Notes: generated from the sequence alone by a model not told the origin. A stretch of DNA of 64,000 nucleotides from an uncultured Archangium sp. (GCA_964459885.1 CAYWON010000011.1:3302-67301); one strand, 5' to 3'. Positions 31,821-42,655 are shown, numbered from the stretch's first letter. Numbers and translations are program-made.

Positions 31821-33440
31821 TCAGTGGCGGAAGACGCCCCAGCTGGTGGTGCCCTCGACGGGGCGCGAGTACGCCGCCGACAGCGACAGCGCGATGACGG
31901 TGCGCGTGTCGCGCGGGTCGATGATGCCGTCGTCCCACAAGCGCGCGGTGGCGTAGAGCGCGCTCGACTGTTGATCGATCTGGTACTCGACCAGCTGCTT
32001 CATGCCCGACAGGCCTTCTTCGTCGACGGGCTCGTTGCGCTTCTGCGCCGCGTTGCGCTGGATGATCTCGAGCACGCCGGCCGCCTGCTTGCCGCCCATC
32101 ACCGCGATGCGGTGCGACGGCCAGGTGAAGAGGAACCGCGGCTCGTACGCACGCCCCGACATCGCGTAGTTCCCGGCGCCGTAGCTCGCGCCCATCATGA
32201 TGGTGATGGCCGGCACCGTGCTGTTCGACACCGCGTTGATGAGCTTCGCGCCGTTCTTGATGATGCCGCCCTCTTCGTAGCCGCGGCCCACCATGAAGCC
32301 GGTGATGTTCTGCAGGAACAGCAGCGGCACGTTGGCCTGGTTGCACAGCTGGATGAACTGCGCGCCCTTGTTGGCGGACTCCGAGAACAAGATGCCGTGG
32401 TTCGCGAGGATGCCGACGGGGTAGCCGTGCAGGTGCGCCCAGCCGCACACCAACGTGTTGCCGTACAGCGGCTTGAACTCCGAGAAGCGTGAGCCGTCGA
32501 CGATGCGCGCGATGACCTCGCGCGGGTCGAAGGGCACGCGCGGGTCTGGCGACACGACGCCGAGCAGCTCCTCCGCGCTGAACTTCGGCGGCTCCACCAC
32601 GCGGGGCAGGGCGGCGCCGTGCTTGCGCCAATCGAGGTGCGCCACGACTTCGCGCGCAAGGCGAAGCGCGTCGCGCTCGTTTTCAGCGAGGTAGTCCGAC
32701 ACGCCCGAGGTTCGGCTGTGCATCTCGGCGCCGCCGAGTGACTCGTCGTCGGTCTCTTCGCCGGTGGCCATCTTCACCAGCGGCGGCCCGCCCAGGTACA
32801 CGGTCGCCTGCTTCTTCACGAAGATGGCGTAGTCGCTCATGCCGGGGATGTACGCGCCGCCCGCGGTCGACGAGCCGAACACCACGGTGATGGTCGGCAG
32901 CTTCTGCTCGCTCTTGCGCGTCAGGTCGCGGAAGCCCCTGCCGCCGGGCACGAAGATCTTGTCCTGGTTCGGCAGGTCGGCCCCGCCCGACTCGGTCAGC
33001 GAGATGAGCGGCAGGCGGTTGCTGTGCGCGATCTCCGCGAGCCGGTGCGACTTCACCACCGAGTACTCGCTCATCGAGCCGCCCTTCACCGTCGACTCGT
33101 TGGCGCTGATGAGGCACTCCACGCCCGACACACGCCCGATGCCGCCGATGACCGACGCGCCCGGGGCGTGCCCGTCGATGTCGTTGCCGGCCAACGGGCA
33201 GAGCTCGAGGAAATGCGAGTCCCTGTCCAGCAGCAGCTCCACGCGCTCGCGGGGCAAGAGCTTGCCGCGGGAGCGATGTCGGTCGTTGTAGCGGGCGCCG
33301 CCGCCCTCACGAGACTTCGCCAGCGCCGCCTGCACCGGCTCCAGCAGCTTCAGGTTCTGCTCACGGTTTCCGTCGAAGCCCGGGCCGCGGAGCTCCGCGT
33401 GCGACGAGAGGACCGGGTACGGCTGCTCGTTGAAGCGCAT
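31821..33440 (-). CDS. mccB: methylcrotonyl-CoA carboxylase beta subunit (carboxyltransferase)
   Basis: 539 aa carboxyl-transferase domain. The N-terminus ([19 protein letters not shown]) is typical of MCC beta. Confidence 0.9.
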   Translation of the reverse strand: MRFNEQPYPVLSSHAELRGPGFDGNREQNLKLLEPVQAALAKSREGGGARYNDRHRSRGKLLPRERVELLLDRDSHFLELCPLAGNDIDGHAPGASVIGGIGRVSGVECLISANESTVKGGSMSEYSVVKSHRLAEIAHSNRLPLISLTESGGADLPNQDKIFVPGGRGFRDLTRKSEQKLPTITVVFGSSTAGGAYIPGMSDYAIFVKKQATVYLGGPPLVKMATGEETDDESLGGAEMHSRTSGVSDYLAENERDALRLAREVVAHLDWRKHGAALPRVVEPPKFSAEELLGVVSPDPRVPFDPREVIARIVDGSRFSEFKPLYGNTLVCGWAHLHGYPVGILANHGILFSESANKGAQFIQLCNQANVPLLFLQNITGFMVGRGYEEGGIIKNGAKLINAVSNSTVPAITIMMGASYGAGNYAMSGRAYEPRFLFTWPSHRIAVMGGKQAAGVLEIIQRNAAQKRNEPVDEEGLSGMKQLVEYQIDQQSSALYATARLWDDGIIDPRDTRTVIALSLSAAYSRPVEGTTSWGVFRH

Positions 33441-33461
33441 GGTCGTGAACCAAAGTGAAAG

Positions 33462-35579
33462 TTGACTCTTGAATCAATACTCGCGGCGTGTGGCCTCTTC
33501 GCGGCAGACTCCCGGGCTGTGAGTGACGCGCGCGTTCCCCCGCAGCTCCTCCTCATCGACGACACGCGGTTCGCCCGCGACGTCGTCGAAGAGCTCCTCA
33601 AAGAGGGGCGTTCTCCGGCGCAGCTTCAATGGCGCGACGACTACGTCAGCGGCCTGTCGGCGCTCCAGAGCGGCGCGTTCGACGTGTGCCTGCTCGATTT
33701 CCAGCTGGGTGAGCGCAGCGGCCTCGACCTGTTGAAGGAAGCGCGCGCGACCGGCGTGCGCACGCCCATCGTGTTGTTGACGGGTCAGGGCAGCGAGGCG
33801 CTCGACCACGAAGCGATGCACGCCGGCGCCAACGACTACCTCGTGAAGGGCGAGTTCTCGGCGGCGACGCTGGAGCGCGTGGTGCGCTACCTCGCTGAGC
33901 GCCGTCGCGGCGAAGACGCGCTGCGCGACTCGGAAGAGCGCTTCTCGTTGGCGATGGAGGGCAGCAACGACGGCCTGTGGGACTGGCGCATGGGCACCAG
34001 CACCGTGCACCTGTCGCCGCGGTGGAAGCGCATCATCGGCTACGACCCCGACGAGCTTGCCGACGCGCCCGACACGTGGCTCAGCCGCGTGCACCCCGAC
34101 GACCGCGGCAAGGTCGAGACCGATTTCCTCCGCCACGCGAAGGACCCACAGTCGCCACACTTCGAGGCGGAGCATCGCCTGCAGCACAAGGACGGCAGCT
34201 GGCGCCACGTGCTGGCCCGCGGGAAAGCAGTGCGCGACGCCAAGGGCCAGGCCACACGCGTCGTCGGGTCGCTCACCGACGTCACGCTCGCCAAGAGCCG
34301 TGACCCGCTCACCGGTCTGCCCAACCGCGTGCTCTTCCTCGACCGCCTCGAGCACTCGTTTCACCGCGCGGCGCGCGACCCGGGCTACCGCTTCTCGGTG
34401 CTCTTCATCGACCTCGATCGCTTCAAGAACGTGAACGACTCGCTCGGTCACGACGCGGGCGACGAGCTGCTGGTCAGCATCGCGCGGCGCCTCGAGCACT
34501 GCGTGCGGTTGGTCGACACCGTGGCGCGCATGGGCGGTGACGAGTTCGTGGTGTTGCTCGACGAGAGCCGCGAGCCCGACGGCGCCACCCGCGTGGCGGC
34601 GCGCATCATCGACGAGCTGGGCCGGCCGTTTCACATCGACGGGCACCAGCTCTTCACCGGCGCCAGCGTGGGCATCGCGCTCTCGTCGCCGCGCTACGCC
34701 ACGCCGGGCGAGCTGCTGCGCGACGCCGACACGGCGATGTACCGCGCGAAAGAGGCTGGCCGCGGCCGCTTCGTCATCTTCGACCCCGCGATGCACGCGC
34801 GCGCGCTGCACGTGCTGTCGGTGGAATCAGGGCTGCGCGACGCGCTCGAGCGCGACGAGCTCGAGGTCTTCTACCAGCCGGTGGTGACGCTCGAGACGCG
34901 CCAGCCCGTCGGCTTCGAGGCGCTCGTGCGGTGGCGACACCCGGCGCGCGGCCTCATCTCGCCGGCCGACTTCATCCCCGTGGCGGAAGACTCGAGCCTC
35001 ATCGTGCTGCTCGACCTGCACGTGCTCAAGACCGCCTCCGCGCAGCTGCGCGCGTGGCGCGAACAGCTGGGGCTCGACCTGTCCATCTCGGTCAACGCGT
35101 CACGACGGCACTTCTCGCGCGCCGAGTACGCCGACACCGTGAAGCTCGCGGTGGCGTCGGCGGGGCTGCCGCCGAGCGCGGTGCGCATCGAGGTCACCGA
35201 GAGCGTGACGATGGACCTGCCCGAGGCCGCCAAGGAGCAGCTGGAGGCGCTGCACCGCTTCGGTGTGCGGCTGTACGTCGACGACTTCGGCGTCGGCTAC
35301 TCGTCGCTGTCGATGCTGCATACGTACCCGTTCTCTGGCCTGAAGCTCGACCGCAGCTTCGTGTCGGGCCTCGACGGGCCCGGGCGCACGATGGAGGTCG
35401 TCCGCGCCATCTTCGCCATCGCGCAGGCGCTCAAGCTGGAGGTCGTCGCTGAAGGCGTCGAGACCGAAGGGCAGCACCACGCGTTGTTCGCGCTCGGGTG
35501 TACGCGCGCGCAGGGCTACCGCTACGGCGCGCCGATGCCACGCGAAGAAGCCGAGGCGTGGCTCAAGTCAGTGCGCTGA
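33462..35579 (+). CDS. response regulator-PAS-GGDEF-EAL signalling protein
   Basis: Receiver (LLLIDD...DVCLLDFQL), PAS, intact GGDEF ([12 protein letters not shown]) and EAL (FEALVRW...DDFGVGYSS). The start is uncertain: TTG at 33462 or GTG at 33519. Confidence 0.9.
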   Translation: MTLESILAACGLFAADSRAVSDARVPPQLLLIDDTRFARDVVEELLKEGRSPAQLQWRDDYVSGLSALQSGAFDVCLLDFQLGERSGLDLLKEARATGVRTPIVLLTGQGSEALDHEAMHAGANDYLVKGEFSAATLERVVRYLAERRRGEDALRDSEERFSLAMEGSNDGLWDWRMGTSTVHLSPRWKRIIGYDPDELADAPDTWLSRVHPDDRGKVETDFLRHAKDPQSPHFEAEHRLQHKDGSWRHVLARGKAVRDAKGQATRVVGSLTDVTLAKSRDPLTGLPNRVLFLDRLEHSFHRAARDPGYRFSVLFIDLDRFKNVNDSLGHDAGDELLVSIARRLEHCVRLVDTVARMGGDEFVVLLDESREPDGATRVAARIIDELGRPFHIDGHQLFTGASVGIALSSPRYATPGELLRDADTAMYRAKEAGRGRFVIFDPAMHARALHVLSVESGLRDALERDELEVFYQPVVTLETRQPVGFEALVRWRHPARGLISPADFIPVAEDSSLIVLLDLHVLKTASAQLRAWREQLGLDLSISVNASRRHFSRAEYADTVKLAVASAGLPPSAVRIEVTESVTMDLPEAAKEQLEALHRFGVRLYVDDFGVGYSSLSMLHTYPFSGLKLDRSFVSGLDGPGRTMEVVRAIFAIAQALKLEVVAEGVETEGQHHALFALGCTRAQGYRYGAPMPREEAEAWLKSVR

Positions 35580-36425
35580 ACGGAACGGCGCGACCCACTC
35601 GAGGCTCTGGTCCCACAGCGCGCGCGCCGCGACCTCGTCTTCGGCGAGCACGTTGCACTTCCGCGCCTCGCCGTCTTCGCCGTAGTACCCGCCGGTCACC
35701 GTCTCGAGCGTCGGGTCGGTCGCGCAGCGGAGGCTGGCGGTCGAGCCCTGCTCGGGCGTGCGCATGAAGAGCATGCCCAGCGTGCGCAGCGGCCACGCGG
35801 TGGTGCGCCAGATGTCGCTGGCGATGACGCCGGGGTGCAGCGCGTAGGTGGTGACGCGCGTGTCGGCCCACCGCCGGGCCAGCTCGTTGCTGAAGAGCAC
35901 GTTGGCCAGCTTGGACGCCTGGTACTCCTTCCAGCCGATGCCGGTGAGCGACGCGCGCAGGTTTCCGAGCTTGAGCGGCGTCGAGGTGCGCTCGTGCGCG
36001 CGGCTGGCGACGGTGACGACCCGCGAGGGCGCGCCTGCCTTGAGCGCCTTCTCGAGCTCGAGCGTCAGCAGGAAGTGACCGAGGTGGTTCACGCCGAAGG
36101 TCATCTCGAAGCCCTGCTTCGTCACGCCCTTCACGCGCGCGAGGCCGGCGTTGAGCAGCAGCACGTGCAACGGCTCGCCCTTCGCGTTGAACGTGTCGGC
36201 GCAGCGCTTCACGCTCTCGAGGTCGTCGAGCTTGAGCTGCAGGAAGTGGAGATCGCTGTTGCCGGTGCGCTGCGCGATGTCGTCCATCACTGGCCTCGTC
36301 TTCTCTTCGCTGCGACACGCGAAGTAGACGCGCGCGCCGCGGCGGGCGAGCTCGGTGGCCGTGGCTGCGCCGATGCCGGTGTTGGCGCCGGTGATGAGCA
36401 CCGTCTTCTCGAAGCGTTCCGTCAT
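35568..36425 (-). CDS. short-chain dehydrogenase/reductase (retinol-dehydrogenase-like)
   Basis: 285 aa. TGANTGIG, NAG and Y..SK motifs. 4-nt overlap with modC. Confidence 0.9.
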   Translation of the reverse strand: MTERFEKTVLITGANTGIGAATATELARRGARVYFACRSEEKTRPVMDDIAQRTGNSDLHFLQLKLDDLESVKRCADTFNAKGEPLHVLLLNAGLARVKGVTKQGFEMTFGVNHLGHFLLTLELEKALKAGAPSRVVTVASRAHERTSTPLKLGNLRASLTGIGWKEYQASKLANVLFSNELARRWADTRVTTYALHPGVIASDIWRTTAWPLRTLGMLFMRTPEQGSTASLRCATDPTLETVTGGYYGEDGEARKCNVLAEDEVAARALWDQSLEWVAPFRSAH

Positions 36426-37030
36426 GTGAGTCGTCCCTGCGAGATGTTGAGGAATCGGCCGCCGAGCGCGTCGCCTTCGTGGCGGTCGTGGGTGACGAGC
36501 ACCGTCACCAGCGCTTCTTCGGCGACCAGCGTCTTCACTTCAGCCAGCAGCGTGTCGCGCAGCGAGTCGTCGAGCGATGAGAACGGCTCGTCGAGCAGCA
36601 GCACGCGCGGCTTTCGCGCCAGGGCCCGCGCCAGCGCCACGCGCTGCGCTTCACCACCGGACAAGGTCGTCGGCTTGCGATCGGCGAGGCCCTTCAGCTG
36701 CAAGCGTTCGAGCCAGCGGCGCGCGTCTTCGTAGGTGGGCGCCCCGAAGGCGATGTTGTCTTCGACGCTGAGGTGCGGGAACAGCGCGGCGTGCTGGAAC
36801 ACGTAGCCGACGGCGCGGCGCTCCGGAGGTGTCTGTGACCAGTCGGCGCCGTCGAAGCGCACGTGCCCGGCGTGCAGCGGCACCAGCCCCGCGATGGCGC
36901 GCAGCACGGTGCTCTTGCCTGCGCCCGACGGCCCGAAGAGCACGGTCACGCCGACGGGGGCGCTCAGCTTCACGTCGACGGTGAAGTCATCGACGCGCGT
37001 GACGACGTGCAGGTCCAGCTCAGCGGGCAT
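36422..37030 (-). CDS. modC: ABC transporter ATP-binding protein, ModC-like but lacking a C-terminal TOBE domain
   Basis: 202 aa. Walker A GPSGAGKST, signature LSGGEAQRVALARAL and Walker B LLLDEP. It ends right after the H-loop. Confidence 0.8.
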   Translation of the reverse strand: MPAELDLHVVTRVDDFTVDVKLSAPVGVTVLFGPSGAGKSTVLRAIAGLVPLHAGHVRFDGADWSQTPPERRAVGYVFQHAALFPHLSVEDNIAFGAPTYEDARRWLERLQLKGLADRKPTTLSGGEAQRVALARALARKPRVLLLDEPFSSLDDSLRDTLLAEVKTLVAEEALVTVLVTHDRHEGDALGGRFLNISQGRLT

Positions 37031-37676
37031 GGTGACGTCTCCCCAGCCACTGCACGCCGGCGATGAGCACCACCGCGAGCCCGGTCAGCACCAGCGCGAG
37101 CCTGAACGCCTCGTCGTCGCGACCGGCCAACATCGCGTCGTAGAGCGCGAGCGACGCGGTCTGCGTCTCACCGGGAATGTTGCCGGCCACCATCAGCGTT
37201 ACGCCGAAGTCGCCGATGGCGCGCGCAAAGCCCAGGAGCAGCCCGGCCGCGAGCCCGCGTGAAGCGAGGGGGAACGCGACGCGCTTCAACGCCTGGAGTC
37301 GCGTGGCGCCCAGCGTGCGCGCGGCGTCGAGCAACGTAGCGTCGACGGCGTCGATGGCGGCGCGCGCGGTCTGCAGAATCAACGGGAACGCCGTGACGCT
37401 GGCGGCGATGACGGCGCCGGTGCGCGTGAAGACGAACGAGGTGCCGGTGATGCTCTCGAACGCGATGCCCAGCGGGCTGCGTCGGCCGAGCAGCGTCAGC
37501 AGGTAGTAGCCCAGCACCGTCGGCGGCAAGACGAGCGGCGCCGTCAGCACCGCGTCGACGAGCGTCGCGCCTTTGCGTTTGTGCGTGAGCGCGATGACGC
37601 CGAGCGCGAGCGAGCCGGCCAGCAGCGACGCGAAGAGCGCGACTTCAAGCGAGAGCAGCAGCGCGTCGACGGGCAC
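37020..37676 (-). CDS. modB: molybdate ABC transporter permease
   Basis: 218 aa. LPPTVLGYYLL, AARTLGA and GDFG..LMVAGNIPGETQT are ModB signatures. Confidence 0.88.
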   Translation of the reverse strand: MPVDALLLSLEVALFASLLAGSLALGVIALTHKRKGATLVDAVLTAPLVLPPTVLGYYLLTLLGRRSPLGIAFESITGTSFVFTRTGAVIAASVTAFPLILQTARAAIDAVDATLLDAARTLGATRLQALKRVAFPLASRGLAAGLLLGFARAIGDFGVTLMVAGNIPGETQTASLALYDAMLAGRDDEAFRLALVLTGLAVVLIAGVQWLGRRHHAR

Positions 37677-37685
37677 GGTGATGTC

Positions 37686-38045
37686 CTACGTGTACTGCCA
37701 CGCCCACGCGATGAGCACGAACTGCAGCGGCAGCCGCGCCCACAACGTCCACACCGGCAGCGGCTTCTTTTTCGAGAGCTGGATCTCGTTCACCGCCATG
37801 TTCACGTTGGCGGGGAAGACCGCGAGGTACAGCGCGATGAGGCCCCACGCCGAAAAGCGCTGCGAGAACGGAATCATCAGCCCCAGCCCGCCGAGGATCT
37901 CGAAGACGCCGGAGATGTAGACGAGGGCCTTCGGCGCCGGCAGCCACTTCGGGACGATCTTCTCGAAGCCGCGCGGCGAGACGAAGTGCAAGACGCCCAC
38001 GCCCATCATGAAGACGCCCAGCACGTACTTGAGCACCTCCATCAT
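37686..38045 (-). CDS. small membrane protein (DoxX-like, tentative)
   Basis: ATGATG start at 38045 inside track ORF 37686..38471. 119 aa with 4 TM helices. The start overlaps the upstream methyltransferase stop. Confidence 0.6.
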   Translation of the reverse strand: MMEVLKYVLGVFMMGVGVLHFVSPRGFEKIVPKWLPAPKALVYISGVFEILGGLGLMIPFSQRFSAWGLIALYLAVFPANVNMAVNEIQLSKKKPLPVWTLWARLPLQFVLIAWAWQYT

Positions 38046-38641
38046 CGCTTCGTGTCCTTCGGGGCTTCGAGGGCGAAGAAGGGCAGGTTGGCCGAGCGCG
38101 CCGCGTACAGCCCGCCGCCCAGCTCGCGGAAGTGCGGCGCGAGTTGCTTGCGGTACCACGCCGCCGGTCGCAGGTTGACGCGGAGGTCGGTGCGCTCGGC
38201 GTCGATGGCGTCCTCCATGTCGTCGGCGGTGATGGCTTCCAGGTACAGGAACCCGTGCGCGTGCGCGGCGAGGTTCTCGATGCCCGCCGCGGCGCCCGTC
38301 TTGTCGAGGTACGGCAAGACGCCCTGGCAGACGACGAGGTCGAACGTCTTGCCGAGGCGCAGCGTCGACACGTCGGCCTGCAGGTGGCCGTACTTCGCGC
38401 AGATGTCGCGCTCGAGCTCGGTCGACACGACGGTGACGCCCTTGCGGTGCTTCTTCAACCACGCGCCCCACCAGCCGAGGCCCGCGCCGACGTCGAGCAC
38501 GTCAGTCAGCTCGACGCCGAACCACTCGATGAGCGAGACGACGCCCGCCACCAGCTTCGCGTGCCGCGCCTGGTCGTACACGCGCGTCGACGGGTCTTTG
38601 TAGAAGCGCCGGTAGTAGGCGTCGTCGAAGCGCAACGTCAC
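38042..38641 (-). CDS. class I SAM-dependent methyltransferase
   Basis: 199 aa with motif I VLDVGAGLGWWG. Confidence 0.8.
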   Translation of the reverse strand: MTLRFDDAYYRRFYKDPSTRVYDQARHAKLVAGVVSLIEWFGVELTDVLDVGAGLGWWGAWLKKHRKGVTVVSTELERDICAKYGHLQADVSTLRLGKTFDLVVCQGVLPYLDKTGAAAGIENLAAHAHGFLYLEAITADDMEDAIDAERTDLRVNLRPAAWYRKQLAPHFRELGGGLYAARSANLPFFALEAPKDTKR

Positions 38642-39270
38642 GGCGTGCCAGCGTCGGTGGCTTCGGCCGCGGCGGCGGCAGCAGCGGCTTCGTCAGCGGC
38701 CTTCTTGGCGGCAGCGGCGGCTTCCTCGGCGGCCTTCTTCGCGTCGGCTTCCGAGTGCTTCTTCAGGTCGGCGAGGCCCTTGTCGAAGTCCTTCCCGACC
38801 ATCTCGTCCATGCTCATGAAGACGCCGAACAGCTTGCTCATGAAGTTGTTCTTTCCGGCCATCTTCCACGTGGCCTTCGTGCCTTCGCCTTCCTTCGCGA
38901 GCTCGAAGTCGACGGTGTTCTCGGCAGCGAACGGCTTGATGAACGTGAGCTGGATGCCGACGTGCTCACCGGGCTTCGAGTCGGTGATCTTCATTTCTCC
39001 TTCGCCGGTCATCTTGCCTTCCCAGTGGTACGTCGCGCCGACGCCGCTGTTGGGGCCGGTGAACGTGCGCTTGAGGTCGTCGCCCTCGACGTTGTCCCAC
39101 GGGCTCCACTCGTTCCATTCGTGGAAGTCGTTGATGTGGGCGAACACCACGTCGGGCGGCGCGGCGATGGTCGTTGAGCGCGCGAGCGTGAACTCGCTCG
39201 GGCGCGTCGCGACGAAGCCGAGGAACAACACGACGACCACGACGAGACCGATGAGGATCTTCTTGAACAT
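38638..39270 (-). CDS. SRPBCC (START/polyketide-cyclase-like) protein with an N-terminal TM anchor and an Ala/Lys-rich tail
   Basis: 210 aa. The pattern IAAPPDVVFAHINDFHEWNEWSPW is typical of SRPBCC family proteins. Confidence 0.7.
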   Translation of the reverse strand: MFKKILIGLVVVVVLFLGFVATRPSEFTLARSTTIAAPPDVVFAHINDFHEWNEWSPWDNVEGDDLKRTFTGPNSGVGATYHWEGKMTGEGEMKITDSKPGEHVGIQLTFIKPFAAENTVDFELAKEGEGTKATWKMAGKNNFMSKLFGVFMSMDEMVGKDFDKGLADLKKHSEADAKKAAEEAAAAAKKAADEAAAAAAAAEATDAGTP

Positions 39271-39300
39271 GGTGGGCTTTTGGTTGGGTACCGTGACCTC

Positions 39301-39657
39301 ATGATGAAGCCACTGGTCCTCTCATACGCTGGTTGCAGCACCTGCAAGAAGGCTCTTCGTTGGCTGGAGCAGAACGGTATCGCCGCTGACGTTCGTCCCA
39401 TCGTCGACGCGCCTCCGACGAAGGCGGAGCTGGCGAAGTGGATCCCCGCGAGCGGCAAGCCCGTGCAGAAGTGGCTCAACACGTCGGGCCTCAGTTACCG
39501 CGCGCTGGGCAAGGCGAAGATCGACGCGTCGAGCGACGCCGAGCTCGCGAAGCTGCTCAGCGACGACGGCAAGCTGGTGAAGCGACCGGTGCTGGTGGTG
39601 GGCAGCACCGTGCTCGTCGGGTTCAAGGAAGACGAGTGGAAGCAGGCCTTCGCTTAG
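39301..39657 (+). CDS. ArsC/Spx/YffB family protein
   Basis: Start MMKPLVL at 39301. Has the CSTCKKA motif and a thioredoxin-like fold pattern (KRPVLV). Confidence 0.85.
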   Translation: MMKPLVLSYAGCSTCKKALRWLEQNGIAADVRPIVDAPPTKAELAKWIPASGKPVQKWLNTSGLSYRALGKAKIDASSDAELAKLLSDDGKLVKRPVLVVGSTVLVGFKEDEWKQAFA

Positions 39658-40655
39658 CGGCTGCGGCCGTCTTTGCGCGTGACCTTGAGGACGGCGATCT
39701 TCGTCGAGTGGTTGAACGGCGACGGGTCGACGTCGAGGCCCGCCTGCCGGGTGTCGGGGTAGCCGGTGAAGTCTTCCGGCACGTCGACGCGCTGCTCGAG
39801 CGAGAGGTGACCGCTCGCGCAGATGGCGTCGATGGTCTTCATGAAGTCGGCGCCTGAGACGAAGACGCCGTTGTTGATGGCGACCAACCAGCCACCGTGC
39901 GCGATGAGCGGGCGCGCCTTGTTCAAGACGCGCTCCATGTCCTGTACGAGGTCCACGCGGCCCTTCTCGGTGACCGAGAAGAACGGCGGGTCGACGAACA
40001 CGCAGTCGAAGAGATCTTCTTCGCGCTTGAGGCGCCCCACGAGGTCGAAGAAGTCGCCGGCCTTGAAGTTCTTCTTTTCGACCGGGAAGCGGTTGAGGGC
40101 GTAGCTGTCCTTCGCGACCGTGAGGAACGCGTTGTTGAGGTCGGTGTGCACGACGGTCTCTGCGCCGCCGGCCTGGGCTGCGACGCCGAGTGAGCCGGTG
40201 TACGCGAAGGCGTTCAGCACGCGCTTGCCGGTGAGGTTGGTCTTCGCCCACGCGCGCAACGGGGCGGTGTCGAGGTAGAGGCTCGCGTCGCGGTTGAGCG
40301 TGAGGCGCGTGGTGTACCAGACGCCGTCTTCCTGAACCTTGCGCGTCAGCTGGGCCTCGTCGCCGAAGAGCACGGTGCCGTTGCGCTCGTCCTGGCTCAG
40401 CGATTCGCGTCGCTTCCACAGCGCGGTGGTGACCCACGGCATGGCCTCTCGCGCGGCGGTGACGAGGGCCACCATGCCCTCGCGGTCACCGGCGCGTGAG
40501 GTCGCGTCGTGCAGAACGAGCGTGGTGCCGTAGAGGTCGACGGCGACGCGCGGGAAGCCCTCGCTGTAGCCGTTGAAGAGACGGAGCGCCTGCGTGTGCG
40601 GCGCGACGAGGCGGGGCAGGCGGTGCGCGAGCGCTGCGAGGAAGCGGGAGAGCAT
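39654..40655 (-). CDS. class I SAM-dependent methyltransferase (RlmI-like rRNA methyltransferase family)
   Basis: Start MLSRFL at 40655. VLNAFAYTGSLGVAA and FVDPPFF motifs. Confidence 0.8.
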   Translation of the reverse strand: MLSRFLAALAHRLPRLVAPHTQALRLFNGYSEGFPRVAVDLYGTTLVLHDATSRAGDREGMVALVTAAREAMPWVTTALWKRRESLSQDERNGTVLFGDEAQLTRKVQEDGVWYTTRLTLNRDASLYLDTAPLRAWAKTNLTGKRVLNAFAYTGSLGVAAQAGGAETVVHTDLNNAFLTVAKDSYALNRFPVEKKNFKAGDFFDLVGRLKREEDLFDCVFVDPPFFSVTEKGRVDLVQDMERVLNKARPLIAHGGWLVAINNGVFVSGADFMKTIDAICASGHLSLEQRVDVPEDFTGYPDTRQAGLDVDPSPFNHSTKIAVLKVTRKDGRSR

Positions 40656-40669
40656 GCGCCGCCCATAGG

Positions 40670-40999
40670 TCAATTCAGCAGCACGCGCACGATGAGCTGA
40701 TTGACGAGCCAGGTGAGGACGAGGCCGGTCGCAGTGCCGAGCGCGTCCCACGCGAGGTCTTTGGGCGACGAATAGCCGTAGGTGAGGACGTCGAGGACCT
40801 CTTTGCCGATGCCGGCGATGGCAGCTGCGGTGGCGCCGACGGCGAGGCGCGTGGGGACGTCATCGGTGAAGAACGACGCGCCGACGTAGCCAGCCGAAGC
40901 GATGCCGGCGCTGACGGTGAAGTGCAGCGCCTTGTCGGGCGAGAGCCATGGATCGTTCGGCGTCGCCGAGACGACCACCGCGAGCAGCACTGAGGTCAT
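40670..40999 (-). CDS. small membrane protein (DUF2279/VanZ-like, tentative)
   Basis: 109 aa with 3 hydrophobic helices. DKALHF and GKEVLD motifs. Confidence 0.5.
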   Translation of the reverse strand: MTSVLLAVVVSATPNDPWLSPDKALHFTVSAGIASAGYVGASFFTDDVPTRLAVGATAAAIAGIGKEVLDVLTYGYSSPKDLAWDALGTATGLVLTWLVNQLIVRVLLN

Positions 41000-41721
41000 T
41001 CCCCTCTCCCCCGCGGGGAGAGGGTCAGGGTGAGGGGCCAGTCTCGCCGCACCACCTCGTGCCGGTGCTCGGGCGCTCCGGTCGAGTTCACGAGAACGGA
41101 GCCTCCTTGCCCATTGATGACGACCTCGCCGGGCCCCCAGTTGGCATTCAACACGCTCAGCTGATTCTTCCGCGCCAGCTGCTCCAGCAACGGCGTCCGC
41201 GCGTCGCGTTCATCGTCATCGACCCACGCCGACGAGAACAGCACCAGGTCCGCATCGACGCGCGGCTCCTGCAGGAGAAAGTGGATGTCGAAGCAGATCG
41301 CCGCGGTCACCCTGACGCCCCGCCACGTGACGGTCGGACACCACGCGTCGCCCGCGGTCGCCCACGTCTCCGGATACCAGGGGTGTTTCTTCCGGTAGCG
41401 AAAGAGCAGCGTCCCATCAGGCTGCACGGCGATGAGCGCGTTGAAGCACTCCGTTCCTTCGCGCTCGATCAGCGGCCCGACGAACAAGCAATCGAACCGC
41501 TTCGCGAAGTGCGCGTACGCCGCGCGCGTGGGGCCGTTCAGGTCTTCCGCGAACGGCGTCAGGTCGAAGTCGCTCTCTGGACTCACGTACCCGGTGACGC
41601 TCGCTTCAGGCAGCAAGACGAGGTCGGTCCGCGGCCCGGCTTCCAGCAACGCCTCGACGTACGCGAGCTGCGCGGCAGCCTGGTTCCATCTCGCCGGCAG
41701 TTGGAGCGCGGTCAGCAGCAT
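40996..41721 (-). CDS. carbon-nitrogen hydrolase family protein
   Basis: 241 aa. Candidate E-K-C triad contexts: LVLLPEASVTGY, RYRKKHPW and TAAICFD. Confidence 0.8.
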   Translation of the reverse strand: MLLTALQLPARWNQAAAQLAYVEALLEAGPRTDLVLLPEASVTGYVSPESDFDLTPFAEDLNGPTRAAYAHFAKRFDCLFVGPLIEREGTECFNALIAVQPDGTLLFRYRKKHPWYPETWATAGDAWCPTVTWRGVRVTAAICFDIHFLLQEPRVDADLVLFSSAWVDDDERDARTPLLEQLARKNQLSVLNANWGPGEVVINGQGGSVLVNSTGAPEHRHEVVRRDWPLTLTLSPRGRGE

Positions 41722-41739
41722 CGTCGCCGCACCTTAGGC

Positions 41740-42606
41740 TCACTTGAGCGGCATCGCGCCCAGCACGACGGTGGTGGCCTGCTTGATGATCTCCGCGCCA
41801 GCGTCCATCTCGATGCCGCGCGCGTTGAGGAACACCGTCAGGTACATCGGCTCGGCGTTCGGAGCGCGCAGCACGGCGACGTCGTTCACCGCGCCGTTGC
41901 CGCTGGTGCCGGTCTTGTCGCCGCACGACCAGTCGCTCGGCACCGCACCACGAATGCGCGTCAGCCCGGTCTCGGCGGCGTGCAGCCACGCGAAGAGCTG
42001 CGCCTGTGACGCGGCGTTCAAGTGCTTCGACGTCAACGCAGTCTGCAGCAGCCGCGTCATCGCCTCAGGTGTCGTGGTGTCGCGCTTGTCGCCAGGGAGG
42101 TTGGTGTTGAGCGCGGGCTCCATGCGGTCGAAGCGCGTGGTGGTGTCCCCGAGCTTCGCGACGAACGCGCGCAGGCCTGGGATCCCGCCCACCAACGGCG
42201 TCAGCAGGTTCGCCGCGGCGTTGTCGCTGGTGGTGACGGTGGCTTCGCACAGCTGCGCGACGGTCAGCTCGCCCTCGTCGAGGTGCGCTTCGACGACCGG
42301 CGAGTGATGACTCAAGTCCTTCTTGGTGAACTTCACCCGCTGCGTGAGCGCGAGCTCACCGCGTTGACTCGCGTCGAGCACGTTCGCCGCGAGGATCCAC
42401 TTGAAGGCTGAGCAGTACGCGAAGCGCGACGACGCGCGGTAGGCGAAGGTCTGTTCCCCGCGCAGCGCGAACACGCCGAGGCGGCCCTTCACCTTGTTCT
42501 CGAGCGCGGTGAGCGCCTTCTGCGGCTCGACGGCGACAGCGCGTGTCGCCACAGCCACGCCCGCGAGGACGAATTGCCGACGGTTGAGGTGCATCAGCGC
42601 CCGCAT
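41740..42606 (-). CDS. class A beta-lactamase
   Basis: Start MRALMHLNRRQF at 42606. S-x-x-K (CSAFK), SDN (TTSDNAAANLL), E166 context (MEPALN) and KTG (GDKTGTS). Confidence 0.85.
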   Translation of the reverse strand: MRALMHLNRRQFVLAGVAVATRAVAVEPQKALTALENKVKGRLGVFALRGEQTFAYRASSRFAYCSAFKWILAANVLDASQRGELALTQRVKFTKKDLSHHSPVVEAHLDEGELTVAQLCEATVTTSDNAAANLLTPLVGGIPGLRAFVAKLGDTTTRFDRMEPALNTNLPGDKRDTTTPEAMTRLLQTALTSKHLNAASQAQLFAWLHAAETGLTRIRGAVPSDWSCGDKTGTSGNGAVNDVAVLRAPNAEPMYLTVFLNARGIEMDAGAEIIKQATTVVLGAMPLK

Positions 42607-42655
42607 TGCACGGCGCGCACCCCGAGGCACCGCGGAGTGCAGTAGGAGTACGAGT

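Noticed and set aside
37581-38603. 340-aa plus-strand ORF across the DoxX-like and methyltransferase genes
   Set aside because: It is antisense to a methyltransferase with a clear SAM-binding motif, and its translation is Arg-rich and featureless.
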